Shown: positions 30,008 through 41,000 of the stretch, piece after piece
Layout: each line of letters starts with the position of its first letter
Position numbering within the stretch: position 1 is the stretch's first letter
NCBI GenBank assembly: GCA_029945195.1
Contig: GCA_029945195.1_4117.1
Length of the DNA: 64,000 nt
Direction: 5' to 3' (one strand)
Origin: a phage
Program-made: the position numbers and the translations under genes
Notes under the pieces: model-generated
Told to the model about the DNA's origin: nothing
The model's database searches: none
The model's input: only the letters and a program-made list of their open reading frames with translations

Positions 30008-30505
30008 ATGGCATTAAGATCAAAAGACTTTCTCTTCAGAAGAAAAACAAAAGATGGTTCATGGCAAGATTTTCCTGAATCTGATAGCTGGTATCCAGCT
30101 AACTTGGATTATCACTGGAATGAACAAACGTTACCACTCGCAAGTGGTGGCTACTATGGCTGTACTACAGGTTTACATACTATTTCATTTACACTACGTA
30201 ATTTTATTGGTAGAATTTATGTGTTAGCTACATTAGCTAGTAATCCTACTGATGATGATTGGTTTCCAATTAAATTCACTGAAAGTTGTAATTATTATCT
30301 TGAATTTACTGATATGGTTATTTTAAATCCAAATGGTGGGGATTTAATTAGACAACAAGGAACTACCGGAACATTTGCTGAAACAGTAACTGGTAATTTT
30401 ACTTACCTTAAAGTTGGTATAGACCGTGATTATATTAGTAAGTATCCATCAGATGTCCAAAAAAGTTTAGCTGGGAAGTTAGAACAAATTTTAATTAACT
30501 ACTAA
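30008..30505 (+). CDS. hypothetical protein
   Basis: 165 aa; ATG start; first of three plus-strand genes between the fibre cluster and the Nudix gene. Confidence 0.5.
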   Translation: MALRSKDFLFRRKTKDGSWQDFPESDSWYPANLDYHWNEQTLPLASGGYYGCTTGLHTISFTLRNFIGRIYVLATLASNPTDDDWFPIKFTESCNYYLEFTDMVILNPNGGDLIRQQGTTGTFAETVTGNFTYLKVGIDRDYISKYPSDVQKSLAGKLEQILINY

Positions 30506-30514
30506 GGATTAGAA

Positions 30515-31123
30515 ATGAAATTAGAAACAGAACAACCAAAACTATTTGTTAAAGGTCATGTCCTAATTACTGACGTTACTGATCCATCAAATCAAAAAAT
30601 CGTTTTAGATAAATCTAACGCTATTCACCCTGAAAATATGAGTACTGCCATTGCTAATGCGTTAGCATATAATCAAGACAGTACTGGTATTCCTATTGGT
30701 TCTATTAGCGAGATGCGTTTTGGTAATGGTGGTACAGTAGTTTTAAGTACTGGTCGTGTTACTTATAAAAAACCACGTGTTACATCATTTGGTGGTTTGT
30801 ATTCACAAACATATTTGAAAAAAATCAACCCACGAATTACGGCAGGTATTGATTCACAATACAATAATATTACAACTGTACATATACCAGGACAGTCCTA
30901 TACTGATATTGTATGTATTTGTACTCTAGGGTTAGGTGAACCATCCGACCAAGGTGTAAGCTCAGGGACAAGCATGGATGGAACTTATGTGTTTGATGAA
31001 TTGGGATTATACACGGATGGCGATAGTGGTATTCCTTTAACCCATATCATTTTTCACCCAGTTGAGAAAAGTGCAAACCGTGTCTTACAAATTAAATACA
31101 CAGTTCGTGTACAATTACAATAA
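30515..31123 (+). CDS. hypothetical protein (possibly structural)
   Basis: 202 aa; AGGA RBS; tightly spaced with flanking ORFs. Confidence 0.5.
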   Translation: MKLETEQPKLFVKGHVLITDVTDPSNQKIVLDKSNAIHPENMSTAIANALAYNQDSTGIPIGSISEMRFGNGGTVVLSTGRVTYKKPRVTSFGGLYSQTYLKKINPRITAGIDSQYNNITTVHIPGQSYTDIVCICTLGLGEPSDQGVSSGTSMDGTYVFDELGLYTDGDSGIPLTHIIFHPVEKSANRVLQIKYTVRVQLQ

Positions 31124-31135
31124 TGGGGACATATA

Positions 31136-32236
31136 ATGAGTGTTAATTATACAATTTATAGAAGTAATGGTAGTGTTTATGCTACCATTCCAAATAATGT
31201 TATTTTAGGACCAAACCAGCCCGGAAGTAACCCAGTTCCGTTAAATTTAGTTGGTAGAAATAAAGTAAGTTACGGTCAAGCATGGAATGAAAACTTTTTA
31301 CATTTAGTTGAAAATTTCAGTTCAGCATCTGCACCACGTGGCAACGTCAATGGTCAACTTTGGTATAGAAACACTGGTAGTACTGGTGAGTTATTGATAT
31401 CATTAGTTGATAATGCTAGACAACCTGCTGATATGGTAAGTGAAGCTGAGTGGGCGTCTATCCCTATGATTACTGTTTTTAACACAGTGCCTGATGGTGA
31501 AAATAGTGTTATGGGTCGTATGGTATTAACTAGTAACGGTGATTCTCTTCGTGTGTTAATGAAAAACAAAGAATGGCGTGAAATTCAAACATCTAGACCA
31601 GAAAACAAAGAGTATTCATCATTATTAGATATTAACTATGATAATGGTAAAAAATATATAGAGTTCACACAAAGTAATAGTACTAAACCAATTGCGTATT
31701 TTAACTTAGGTGGTACTTCACAAGTAGATACAAATAACTGGACAACATTAACTAATGGTACTGGTGTCTTTGAATTTGGTAGCAACTATTTCTATGAATT
31801 AAAAATTATGATTAGAGAAGTAAATGATTCTTCTGGTGAGATAGTTTCTCTTCCATACAATTCAAAAACCTTTTTTATAAAAGGGCAATTTTATGTAGAT
31901 AATCAAGGAACTTTTGTTCCTGGTTCGGTGGGGGCAAGTCAAATGCCAGACCCACGTAGGATTACACAATTAGAATCCATAAAAGATGTTATTACCAGTA
32001 GTCGCCCAAACTGGGACGTAAATATTGTTATTAATGGTGTAGATCCATCTATCCCAAATCCTAATGGAACATCTAAAGCTGATTATGAAAATTGGGTTAT
32101 CAATTCTCTAAACTCAAATAAAAATTTAGGTTTTCGAGTTGATGGTAGCATTAGTAATCTAACTGCTGGTGAATCCGTTAAACTACAAGCATCCGTGTTG
32201 TTAAATATTACAGGTATTCCGATTATTGGAGTATAA
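31136..32236 (+). CDS. hypothetical protein (possibly structural)
   Basis: 366 aa; followed by a bidirectional terminator. Confidence 0.5.
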   Translation: MSVNYTIYRSNGSVYATIPNNVILGPNQPGSNPVPLNLVGRNKVSYGQAWNENFLHLVENFSSASAPRGNVNGQLWYRNTGSTGELLISLVDNARQPADMVSEAEWASIPMITVFNTVPDGENSVMGRMVLTSNGDSLRVLMKNKEWREIQTSRPENKEYSSLLDINYDNGKKYIEFTQSNSTKPIAYFNLGGTSQVDTNNWTTLTNGTGVFEFGSNYFYELKIMIREVNDSSGEIVSLPYNSKTFFIKGQFYVDNQGTFVPGSVGASQMPDPRRITQLESIKDVITSSRPNWDVNIVINGVDPSIPNPNGTSKADYENWVINSLNSNKNLGFRVDGSISNLTAGESVKLQASVLLNITGIPIIGV

Positions 32237-32266
32237 AAAAAGGAGCCACACGGCTCCTTTTTGTTT
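32235..32266. terminator. bidirectional rho-independent terminator
   Basis: aggagcc-acac-ggctcct hairpin flanked by an A-tract and a T-tract. Confidence 0.75.
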
Positions 32267-32730
32267 TAATATCTATATGGTAAACTGTTGACAAACTGTG
32301 TACCTTCACGTATACTTTCCCATAGTGAGTAAAAATCTTTCATTAAGTTTGTGTTAAGTAAAGTATTTTTAGCACCAGGGTGTAATGGTTTAGGCCAAGA
32401 ACCAATTCTAACCCAAGCATAACCAGAGCTTTCATGATTTAAAGTTGGTACAAATTCATTCTCAACTACAATAACAAATGAATAATATTTAAATTTACCA
32501 TTTTTTGTACAAAATACATCAAACGGTATAATATCAATAATGTTAGGTATTGAGTTGCCCAACTCTTCTTTAATTTCTCTCATCAGACCTTGTAATGGTG
32601 TTTCGTTATGTTCAAGCTTTCCACCAACAAATGCCCAGTTGTTAGAATAGGTACTTCTTTCAGAACGCAAGTTTAACATCATATGTCCAGTACTTTTTGA
32701 TAAAAATATAGCACCAACCGCTTCATTCAT
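32266..32730 (-). CDS. Nudix hydrolase
   Basis: 154 aa; canonical Nudix box GGKLEHNETPLQGLMREIKEELG; strong AAAGGAGGTG RBS. Confidence 0.85.
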   Translation of the reverse strand: MNEAVGAIFLSKSTGHMMLNLRSERSTYSNNWAFVGGKLEHNETPLQGLMREIKEELGNSIPNIIDIIPFDVFCTKNGKFKYYSFVIVVENEFVPTLNHESSGYAWVRIGSWPKPLHPGAKNTLLNTNLMKDFYSLWESIREGTQFVNSLPYRY

Positions 32731-32743
32731 AACAACACCTCCT

Positions 32744-34087
32744 TTATTTGTCAGTGAAAGTTATTTTCCAATATCCCTGACGATACACAGGCATGATACT
32801 TTTATGCCATTTAAATTTGTCATTATATCTATAATAACCATTGTCTTCTTTATTATAAATGTAATTTCGTACAGTAGATGGTTCAATTAATTGTGCACCA
32901 TCATTTGTAATTTTAAACAAATAATTTGATGGGATTTCGGTTTCTTTATAAATGATGTTATGTATACTGTTATTTACATAATATTGTTCAGGTAATGCAT
33001 TTGAAAGTACTGAATCTTTCTGCACAAACCCATGTATAGTGTAATCAACAGTATAATTTGTATTATCAAGCTGTACTATAATTTTGTTGGCATCTTCATT
33101 TTCACCATACGACGCTATATGACCTTTTAGTGGGTTGTCTTCTTCAATAGATTGTTGAAATTTAATCCCTACTTTTTTATCATCAAAATTTGGTTCTAGA
33201 TATTTAAGATATTTTTCCCATGAATATATTCCACCGTTGGGAGAAACCGCAGATAGCGATTGGCTAACCAAGGTAAGTTGGTATGTATCAGGTAAATTAT
33301 ACTTGGAATTAGTAATTTCTTCAACTTTAATACATAAGTTCTTTGGTGTAAAAACATCTGTTATTATATCTGAATAATTTCCCATTTCAAAATCAAATTC
33401 GTCACGAGCACCTTTAATATTTGTAGTAATCTGTTGAATTAATTTTGGTTTTTCAACAATAGCTGGTAAAGAAAACCATATTGTCGTTTCAAATGTTAAA
33501 ACCATTATATCCAAATCTGGGTCAGTTCCTTGTGGAAAACCACGAGTAGAAAACTGACAATCTATTAGTTCAACATCACTAAGCGATGTCCAATCTAACG
33601 GGTTATCAGATAATTGAAGTTGTATACTAGGTGCAAACAAAGTTGAGATTTGTTCGAATAATTCCATTTTAGTTTGAGTTTGAGTTACCCAAATATTCAA
33701 ATCAAACGTAAAAGTCCAAGGTACTGGGTTATGTCTTACAATTTTGTATTGTGTGTCAAGATCTTTTGTGTACTCATTAATAGCAGGGGACTTGTTAGAC
33801 CCCATTACTATAGTTTCGTTGGCATTAGAACGAATATTTTTACGATCCAACTTTAGTTGATTAACACTTATGGTCATTATAGGTGCTGATGGGAGAACAT
33901 TTTCACTATTCCCATTTATAATTGCTGCTGCCATTCTTGAAATATCGGCATAGCGACATGGAACCTTTTTGTATTTTGGGTTTCCATTAGCATCAACACC
34001 ATTTTGTACTTGAAATTCACCAAAAACTCTGATAAGATGTTTCAGTACTCTGCGAAATTGACCGTCATAATAATAATCTATTTTCAT
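32744..34087 (-). CDS. hypothetical protein
   Basis: 447 aa; ATG start; 4-nt overlap with the upstream gene suggests translational coupling. Confidence 0.55.
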   Translation of the reverse strand: MKIDYYYDGQFRRVLKHLIRVFGEFQVQNGVDANGNPKYKKVPCRYADISRMAAAIINGNSENVLPSAPIMTISVNQLKLDRKNIRSNANETIVMGSNKSPAINEYTKDLDTQYKIVRHNPVPWTFTFDLNIWVTQTQTKMELFEQISTLFAPSIQLQLSDNPLDWTSLSDVELIDCQFSTRGFPQGTDPDLDIMVLTFETTIWFSLPAIVEKPKLIQQITTNIKGARDEFDFEMGNYSDIITDVFTPKNLCIKVEEITNSKYNLPDTYQLTLVSQSLSAVSPNGGIYSWEKYLKYLEPNFDDKKVGIKFQQSIEEDNPLKGHIASYGENEDANKIIVQLDNTNYTVDYTIHGFVQKDSVLSNALPEQYYVNNSIHNIIYKETEIPSNYLFKITNDGAQLIEPSTVRNYIYNKEDNGYYRYNDKFKWHKSIMPVYRQGYWKITFTDK

Positions 34088-35577
34088 TCTGTGTCCTTAT
34101 GTATGCGATAAACAGTATTAGGTTTAACTGCGTCATGTAATGGAACTTTGTTATCACTATTTACAAACTGTGTAAGTGCTAAGTCTGCACCTTCCCACGG
34201 TTTTCTTCCACCATAATCAAAAATAACCCATGAATTCTTAGTTGCATTGAATTCCCATAACGTAACTGGAGTATAATCGGTGCGATAGAAATAGTCACCA
34301 TCTACTGCATCAGTTGGGAACATATTTCCTTCAGGGACTGTACCTCGTGCTGGTGGAATTTTAGGACGATAATCTTGTTGCGAATCAATATTACCATATA
34401 CACAATTGGACGTGAATGGTTCATTGACATAAGTTACCTTTGGTTCCCCCCACTTGTCATCATTATACTGATAAATGTGTGGTTCTTTATAAAAAATACA
34501 AAAATCTTCCACATCTTCTGGTGGAACATCACTGGTAGTATATTCTACATCACAATTTAACCATTTTTTAGCACTTTTATCATATTGATACAACGTATAA
34601 CCTGTCACATCTGCGTCATTTTCTTTAAAGAAGAAGTCACCATCCATTGGTTTTCTGGGAAAGATGGTTCCACGCTTGACTTCCACAGAAATCCATGTAT
34701 CATTAACAAACTCTTTGAGTACTGGGTATGTTTTTTTCAAAAAATACATTCCATCGGCAGGTTCTTCTGGAAAATCATAACCGTTAAGCATATATTTGGA
34801 TAAATCTACTGTATCAGGTCGATCATCATACAAATGTTCATTTGTATAATGAATATAGGGTACTTCATCATCAGCTTGCATGATGATACGGTTCATGATA
34901 TCCATTTCATTGCCATAGTTACTGTTTTCCGACGAACCATCATCGGTATTTCCATTACCATTATTAGGGTCATCTGGATTATCAGGATAATTATTGTTAC
35001 CGAGTAAATCGGAGTACTCAGGTGAGTCGGTTAGCGGTTTAACTCTAAGTTTATAAATGTGATGTTGCCACGTAACCGAGTATCCCTCAGATGTACGAAA
35101 TGCATCTTGGACGACATAGAAGCGGTTTAGACCTGTATCTTTACCCAATACATCAAAATCACGTAAATTTGGTAGTTCTATCACATCCCCTGGCATGATT
35201 TTTCTACCTAAACGCTGCATCATTGTATTATAATGGATTGTGATGTCCATAGTGTTGAAATTAAAGAACAATCCTGGGATTTTCAAGTCTGGAGTTGCTT
35301 CTTGAACTTGATAGACACAACTAAGTGTGATAGCTTCAAGGTTGTAGTTTCTGTTTGGTGTGTCACCAAAAATTAAATCGCCAATACTTGACACAACTGA
35401 TCCTGAAGATGTATAATCACCTCCATAGGATAAGTCAGTGTTGTCAGCAACTTGTTTTGGACCGACATATGCATAAAGCCACATGTCAACTCCACCAATG
35501 TTGTATTGTTCAGCAATGGCAGAATCAATGAACTTGTAATCATTGGTTCTCCCTTTTTTCCACATTCTATATGTCAT
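34084..35577 (-). CDS. hypothetical protein
   Basis: ORF track start at 35589 is a TTG; the ATG at 35577 (MTYRMWKKG...) has a GGAG RBS. Confidence 0.55.
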   Translation of the reverse strand: MTYRMWKKGRTNDYKFIDSAIAEQYNIGGVDMWLYAYVGPKQVADNTDLSYGGDYTSSGSVVSSIGDLIFGDTPNRNYNLEAITLSCVYQVQEATPDLKIPGLFFNFNTMDITIHYNTMMQRLGRKIMPGDVIELPNLRDFDVLGKDTGLNRFYVVQDAFRTSEGYSVTWQHHIYKLRVKPLTDSPEYSDLLGNNNYPDNPDDPNNGNGNTDDGSSENSNYGNEMDIMNRIIMQADDEVPYIHYTNEHLYDDRPDTVDLSKYMLNGYDFPEEPADGMYFLKKTYPVLKEFVNDTWISVEVKRGTIFPRKPMDGDFFFKENDADVTGYTLYQYDKSAKKWLNCDVEYTTSDVPPEDVEDFCIFYKEPHIYQYNDDKWGEPKVTYVNEPFTSNCVYGNIDSQQDYRPKIPPARGTVPEGNMFPTDAVDGDYFYRTDYTPVTLWEFNATKNSWVIFDYGGRKPWEGADLALTQFVNSDNKVPLHDAVKPNTVYRIHKDTE

Positions 35578-35619
35578 GTTTGTCTCCAAAATAAATCGGG
35601 TATATCTTTATTTACCTTG

Positions 35620-35647
35620 TAGACAAACCGTAAGAATGTGATATAAT
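35620..35647 (+). promoter_or_regulatory. sigma70-type promoter (TAGACA-N16-TATAAT, extended -10) upstream of the Clp-like ATPase gene
   Basis: Same gaatgtgatataat -10 context as the promoters at 11422 and 11516. Confidence 0.55.
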
Positions 35648-35687
35648 GTTTATTAATTAGAGTGACGTGAATCACATAGGAGAATAC

Positions 35688-37976
35688 ATGAATCTTACTC
35701 AATTGTTCAAAAAAAGCGACGAACTGGCAACATCTCTAGGTCATACATTCTTGACTATTGACCACGTAAGTGCCACAGTACTGACTATTGATAGCATCAA
35801 GAACGTATTTGAAGATATGAACATTGATGCAGACAAACTGCACAACCGCCTGATGAACTATCTTAAAAATACAACAGTTCCACATGCACCAAAAAGTGTT
35901 AAAGATGAAGACGCGAATCGCACTTCACTTCTAGTGAATCGCGTTGTACATGAGCTTTCTAAAAAATCAGTTATTGAACAACTAAAAAGTGATGATTTTT
36001 CGATTGATGCATATTTTGTTCTATTCGAATGTCTGTCTTTCCCTAACACAGCACTAGAAGCTGCGTTAAAAGAAGAAGGTGTTAGCTGTACTGAAGCTGC
36101 ACGTGCATTACAGAAACACGTTGAGTCACTTGATAAGGGTATCAACTTACAAAGTATTAATGACGAACCGATTGGAGATAAAAAAGTGGCCCAACAGCAG
36201 CAATCATCTAAACAAAAAGGTTTGGAAGACTATACAACGAATCTAACTGCTCTTGCAAAAGAAGGCAAACTAGATCCTATGATTGGTCGCCAGAAAGAAT
36301 TGTCTGCATTGATTGAGACTCTTGCTCGCAAAACCAAAAAGAATGCTATTCTTACTGGTGAAGCTGGTGTAGGTAAAACACAAATCATCGACGGTCTTGC
36401 ACAAGCTATTGCTGACGGCAACGTACCTGAACACCTGAAAGACGTTGAAATTCTTTCACTAAATGTTGGTGCATTGACTGCTGGTACTAAGTATCGTGGT
36501 GAGTTTGAAGAACGCATCGACAATTTGCTAAAAGAACTAAAGAAACGTGAAAATACTATTGTTTTCATTGATGAAATTCATATTATGGTTGGGGCTGGTT
36601 CCGCAAGTAATGGTTCTATGGACATGAGCAATATGCTTAAGCCAGCACTTTCACGTGGTGAGATTCGTGTAATTGGTGCAACAACATATGATGAATATCG
36701 TAAAAATATCGAGAAAGATAGTGCATTAACTCGTCGTTTTATGAAAATTGATGTAGTTGAGCCGTCAATTGATGAAACTCGTGCAATTGTTAATGGTTTG
36801 AAACCAACTTATGAAAAATTCCATAATGTTGAGTTCACAACTGATGCAATGGATGCTGTAATTTCTCTCAGTGATAAATTCCTGAAGAATAAGCACTTCC
36901 CAGATAAAGCAATTGATCTAATGGACGCTGCTGCTGCAAAAGTTCGTTCACGTGACAACAATAGTAAGCTTATTACTGCCAATTTGATTCAAGAAGTTGT
37001 TGCTGGTATTGCCAATTTGGATATCAACGTGGTTGCATGTACTGAAAGTGATCGTATGCGTAATCTACCAGATGCACTACGCTCACGTGTATACGGTCAA
37101 GAGGAAGCTATTCAAAAATTAGTTGATAACGTGATGGTAGCTCGTGCAGGACTGCGTGACAAATCTAGTGTTCAGGGTGCATTTATGTTTGTTGGACCAT
37201 CTGGTACTGGTAAAACAGAAATTACCAAAGCATTAGCAGATGCAACTGGTGCGGAACTGATTCGCTTTGATATGTCAGAATTTTCTCAAGAACATACTGT
37301 TTCTAAACTAATTGGTTCACCTCCAGGTTATGTTGGGCATGATTCTGGTAACGGTTTACTGTTGGATAAAATTGAGCAGTTCCCTAATGCAGTACTGTTA
37401 CTTGATGAAATTGAAAAAGCAGATCGTAAAGTACTACTAACCTTCCTACAGGTTTTGGATGAAGGTCGCCTGACTGGTTCACAAGGTAAAACTGTATATT
37501 TTAATAACGTAACTGTTATTATGACTACAAACCTTGGTGCGGCAGATTCAACGAAGCGTAGCATTGGTATGAGCGGTAGTGATACTGCACAAGACAAGGC
37601 AATTAAAGCATTCTTGCCACCAGAGTTTATTAACCGTATTGATAGTATCGTTACGTTTAAAGACCTAAGCAGTGAAGCTATTGACAGCATCATTGATAAG
37701 TTCATGGGCAGTTTGAATGAACAAGTCAAAGACCGCAATGTTAAAGTTACATTGACAAAAGCTGCACGTGAATGGCTTGCGAAAAATGGGGTAAAAGTTG
37801 GTATGGGTGCACGTCCAATGAAACGTACCATTGAACAAAACATTCGTGTACCACTAGCTAAAGAAATGTTGTGTGGTTCACTTGTGAATGGTGGTAACAT
37901 TACATTTGATGTTATTGATGGTAAAATCGGTATTAAACCGAAACGTTCCAAAGCTGTAGATAAAGCACTGGCATAA
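35688..37976 (+). CDS. ClpA-type double-AAA+ unfoldase (Hsp100 family)
   Basis: ORF track start at 35667 is a GTG; the ATG at 35688 has an AGGAG RBS. D1 Walker A GEAGVGKT and Walker B IVFIDEIH; D2 Walker A GPSGTGKT and Walker [10 protein letters not shown]; sensor GARPMKR; no ClpB-type middle domain; IGM tripeptide at the position of the ClpA ClpP-docking loop. Confidence 0.8.
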   Translation: MNLTQLFKKSDELATSLGHTFLTIDHVSATVLTIDSIKNVFEDMNIDADKLHNRLMNYLKNTTVPHAPKSVKDEDANRTSLLVNRVVHELSKKSVIEQLKSDDFSIDAYFVLFECLSFPNTALEAALKEEGVSCTEAARALQKHVESLDKGINLQSINDEPIGDKKVAQQQQSSKQKGLEDYTTNLTALAKEGKLDPMIGRQKELSALIETLARKTKKNAILTGEAGVGKTQIIDGLAQAIADGNVPEHLKDVEILSLNVGALTAGTKYRGEFEERIDNLLKELKKRENTIVFIDEIHIMVGAGSASNGSMDMSNMLKPALSRGEIRVIGATTYDEYRKNIEKDSALTRRFMKIDVVEPSIDETRAIVNGLKPTYEKFHNVEFTTDAMDAVISLSDKFLKNKHFPDKAIDLMDAAAAKVRSRDNNSKLITANLIQEVVAGIANLDINVVACTESDRMRNLPDALRSRVYGQEEAIQKLVDNVMVARAGLRDKSSVQGAFMFVGPSGTGKTEITKALADATGAELIRFDMSEFSQEHTVSKLIGSPPGYVGHDSGNGLLLDKIEQFPNAVLLLDEIEKADRKVLLTFLQVLDEGRLTGSQGKTVYFNNVTVIMTTNLGAADSTKRSIGMSGSDTAQDKAIKAFLPPEFINRIDSIVTFKDLSSEAIDSIIDKFMGSLNEQVKDRNVKVTLTKAAREWLAKNGVKVGMGARPMKRTIEQNIRVPLAKEMLCGSLVNGGNITFDVIDGKIGIKPKRSKAVDKALA

Positions 37977-38005
37977 AAAAAGAAAAGGAGAGCAATATGC
38001 TCTCC
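37975..38005. terminator. bidirectional rho-independent terminator
   Basis: ggagagca-ata-tgctctcc hairpin flanked by an A-tract and a T-tract; separates the convergent Clp-like and giant genes. Confidence 0.75.
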
Positions 38006-38012
38006 TTTTTTA

Positions 38013-41000
38013 TTACTTAACTAATAATATATTTTTAATATCATTACCACTAACTTGTAGACTATCAGTGTATACTGAAAGATCTATAGTGTAACTATTT
38101 TGTGTGTAACGTTTTAACATATCATAATTACCTAAATTAATTCCATTGAATGAATATGTAGTATTAAGTTTAAAATCATGTTCCGCACTATACATTACTC
38201 CACGGAGTAAATTATTTGCATTTCTAACTTCAACTTTTTCATATCCAATCGATATAATATCATTCATGTTCGCGGCAGAACCGGATAAAACATTATTTCT
38301 AATACTATAAGGACTTATTGATTTAGGTTGAGAAACATAGGTTGTATTTTCTTCACTAATGGTTGTGATGTTAGTAACCGTGCCACCAACAACACCGATG
38401 TACATACCGTCAACCATTGGATATCCATAAACCCATATACCTTCATTATTTCTAAACGGTTGAATAACACTTGAATCATATTCAATAACGTTGATTTCTA
38501 AACTATCAGTCATTTTAGTTCTTGCTAATTCACTAAGAACTCCCGCACCAGTAATTGGTAGGTTATAACCGTTGTCGATAGTAATTCCATCAACATCAAA
38601 TATTTCGTTAGAGATTATCCAAACGTCAACGTCATCTGGTGTTATTCCGTCATTGTACTTACCACCATTTAAAGTAGTATCGTAGAAAACATCATAATTA
38701 ATTACATCAATTGTGTAATTTCTATTTTGTTCGTACAATTTGATACCATTCTTCACAAATTCTGGGTCAGCAAATGTTCTAACACGAACAATGTTCAATG
38801 CAAGAGGCTGTACTGGCTCATTTTGTTGTGCAAGAGTGATATTATCATAACGGAGAACTGCACCAGTACTCTCATCAATCAATTCAATCGTTTCTTTACC
38901 TGTATTTCTTACAGTGAATAGGATCGGAGTTGTATTGTTTTTGATGTTAGATACACGCAAGATTGTTTCCCATGTGTGATTTTGATATCTCACGAAATCT
39001 TCACCATCAGGAGTGAAAATCATCACCTTATCACCATCAGATAGGTCATTGTCAACTATTTCTGCTTCAGTTAAGCTATTAATAGATCTCACACGATAGA
39101 AATATTTTTCATCAAACTTCGATGTTGTTTTATTAATATCATTTTCAATCTTAGCATATGAAGGAATACTAACAATTGCTTCTGTATGTTTATATGGATT
39201 GATAATTGCCATACCTTCAGTTTGATATCTGCTGTTATCACGTAATTGTACAAGAGATACATTGTCAAACCCATATCCATCAACTGTAAATCTAATTTGA
39301 CCAACATCACGCCCAGAAGGGTTTATGTCAGATATATCCACAATATAAGGATCAACTTCATCATCTTTAACTTCCCATTTTATTGAAGAAGTTTGAGATT
39401 CTAATGCTAGGTTATCAAATGCATTCATATCATTGAAGTACTTAGCTTCAGTAATACTATCAAGTATATATTGATAATCTGAATACATTGGGTTATTTTG
39501 ATCTAGTGGTAAATCATCTAGATTTATTTCAGCTAGTTCAATCATTTCACCATTTGTGATAAAATAATCTTCCATGAAATCATCAATACTTTGTTCATCA
39601 GGTATACTTTGATATACACCGTTAACATTTAAGTAAACATATTTTCGTGGAATCATTGTAATTGCATAGATATCAATTGGGGTTTTACTAAGAATCTCTT
39701 CAGCTTTTTCGTACTTATCAGTAGCGTCTTTGTCGAATAACCCTCTCATACCTGCTAATACGTGAATAGCATCAGTATAGAAACGGGTATCACCACCGAC
39801 TTCATCATAACGATAAACATATACACCATACTCAACTTCAAGTTTAACTTTTACTTCATAGTCTGATGCGTCAGGATTTTTATCTTTAATTAATGAAATA
39901 TATTTTTGATACAGTTCACTGCTTATTTCAAAATATCCATAGTTATAATCATTACTAGAAGAAAAGCCTAATGGAAGTCTAGTACTAGGATTGTCATTAT
40001 AAGTAAGTCCACTAAATCCACAACCAACTTCATCGTGAATTTTCTCATCACTTATATCTTTATAAAGTTTCAAACGGTTTGCCAATGTGTTATACTGAAC
40101 ATATTGTCTAAGGTCAGTAAACATATCGTTCTGCGTTGATTCTTTATAAACACGCTCCAATGTAGCAGTAAATTCATCAGTTGCTTCTAAATCTTCCGCA
40201 TGGTCTTTATACCACTGGTTAACACCATATGCTGTTCCTAATGTTACATCCAATTCTGGATAGTAGATTTGCATTTGATAAGCAATAAGAAGATCGAAAG
40301 TTTCTTCACTATATTCTGGGAAAGAATATATATAACGTTGTAATTCATAGTTACTAACAGCATCCTTTTCATTGGATTGATATTTGTTATTAACACTTAC
40401 TAATTCATTTATGCTTGCCAAATCTGCATTTGGTTTACATTGAATGTTATCGTAATGCATAATAATATCAATTTCTTGGAATCTTCTATTTGGTGTAATG
40501 AAATCACTTGGTAGTGAACCTACCTGTTCCCATTTTTGGGTAATTTCATTAAATTGAGCGTACTCATAATCCCAAATATCTTTTTCAGTTTTGACCCAAG
40601 AACCGTCAACGAAAATATATCCATTAGGATCTAAATCATTACACAGACCTTTTATTAAATCATCATCAGATGTCTTTTGCTCTATTTGTGAACGAATTTT
40701 AGTTCTATAAGGTTTAACTTCTTCAAAATATTCAACAATTTGATTAATCAAATTATCGTTTGAATAGTTTTGAACTAATGATTGTTCCAAACCAACAATA
40801 TAGATATATGATGTTTTAAATACCCAATCCACAACACTTTGTTCAACATGTACATATTTGACCATATCAAAAACAATTTCGCTTTGATGTAAATCGAAAG
40901 AATTTTTGAGTAAAGCTAGTGCTTTACGAACGTTGATTTCACGATTGCTTAGTGAACCATTATCATTATGAACACTATAATCTGCGTAAAGCATATCATT

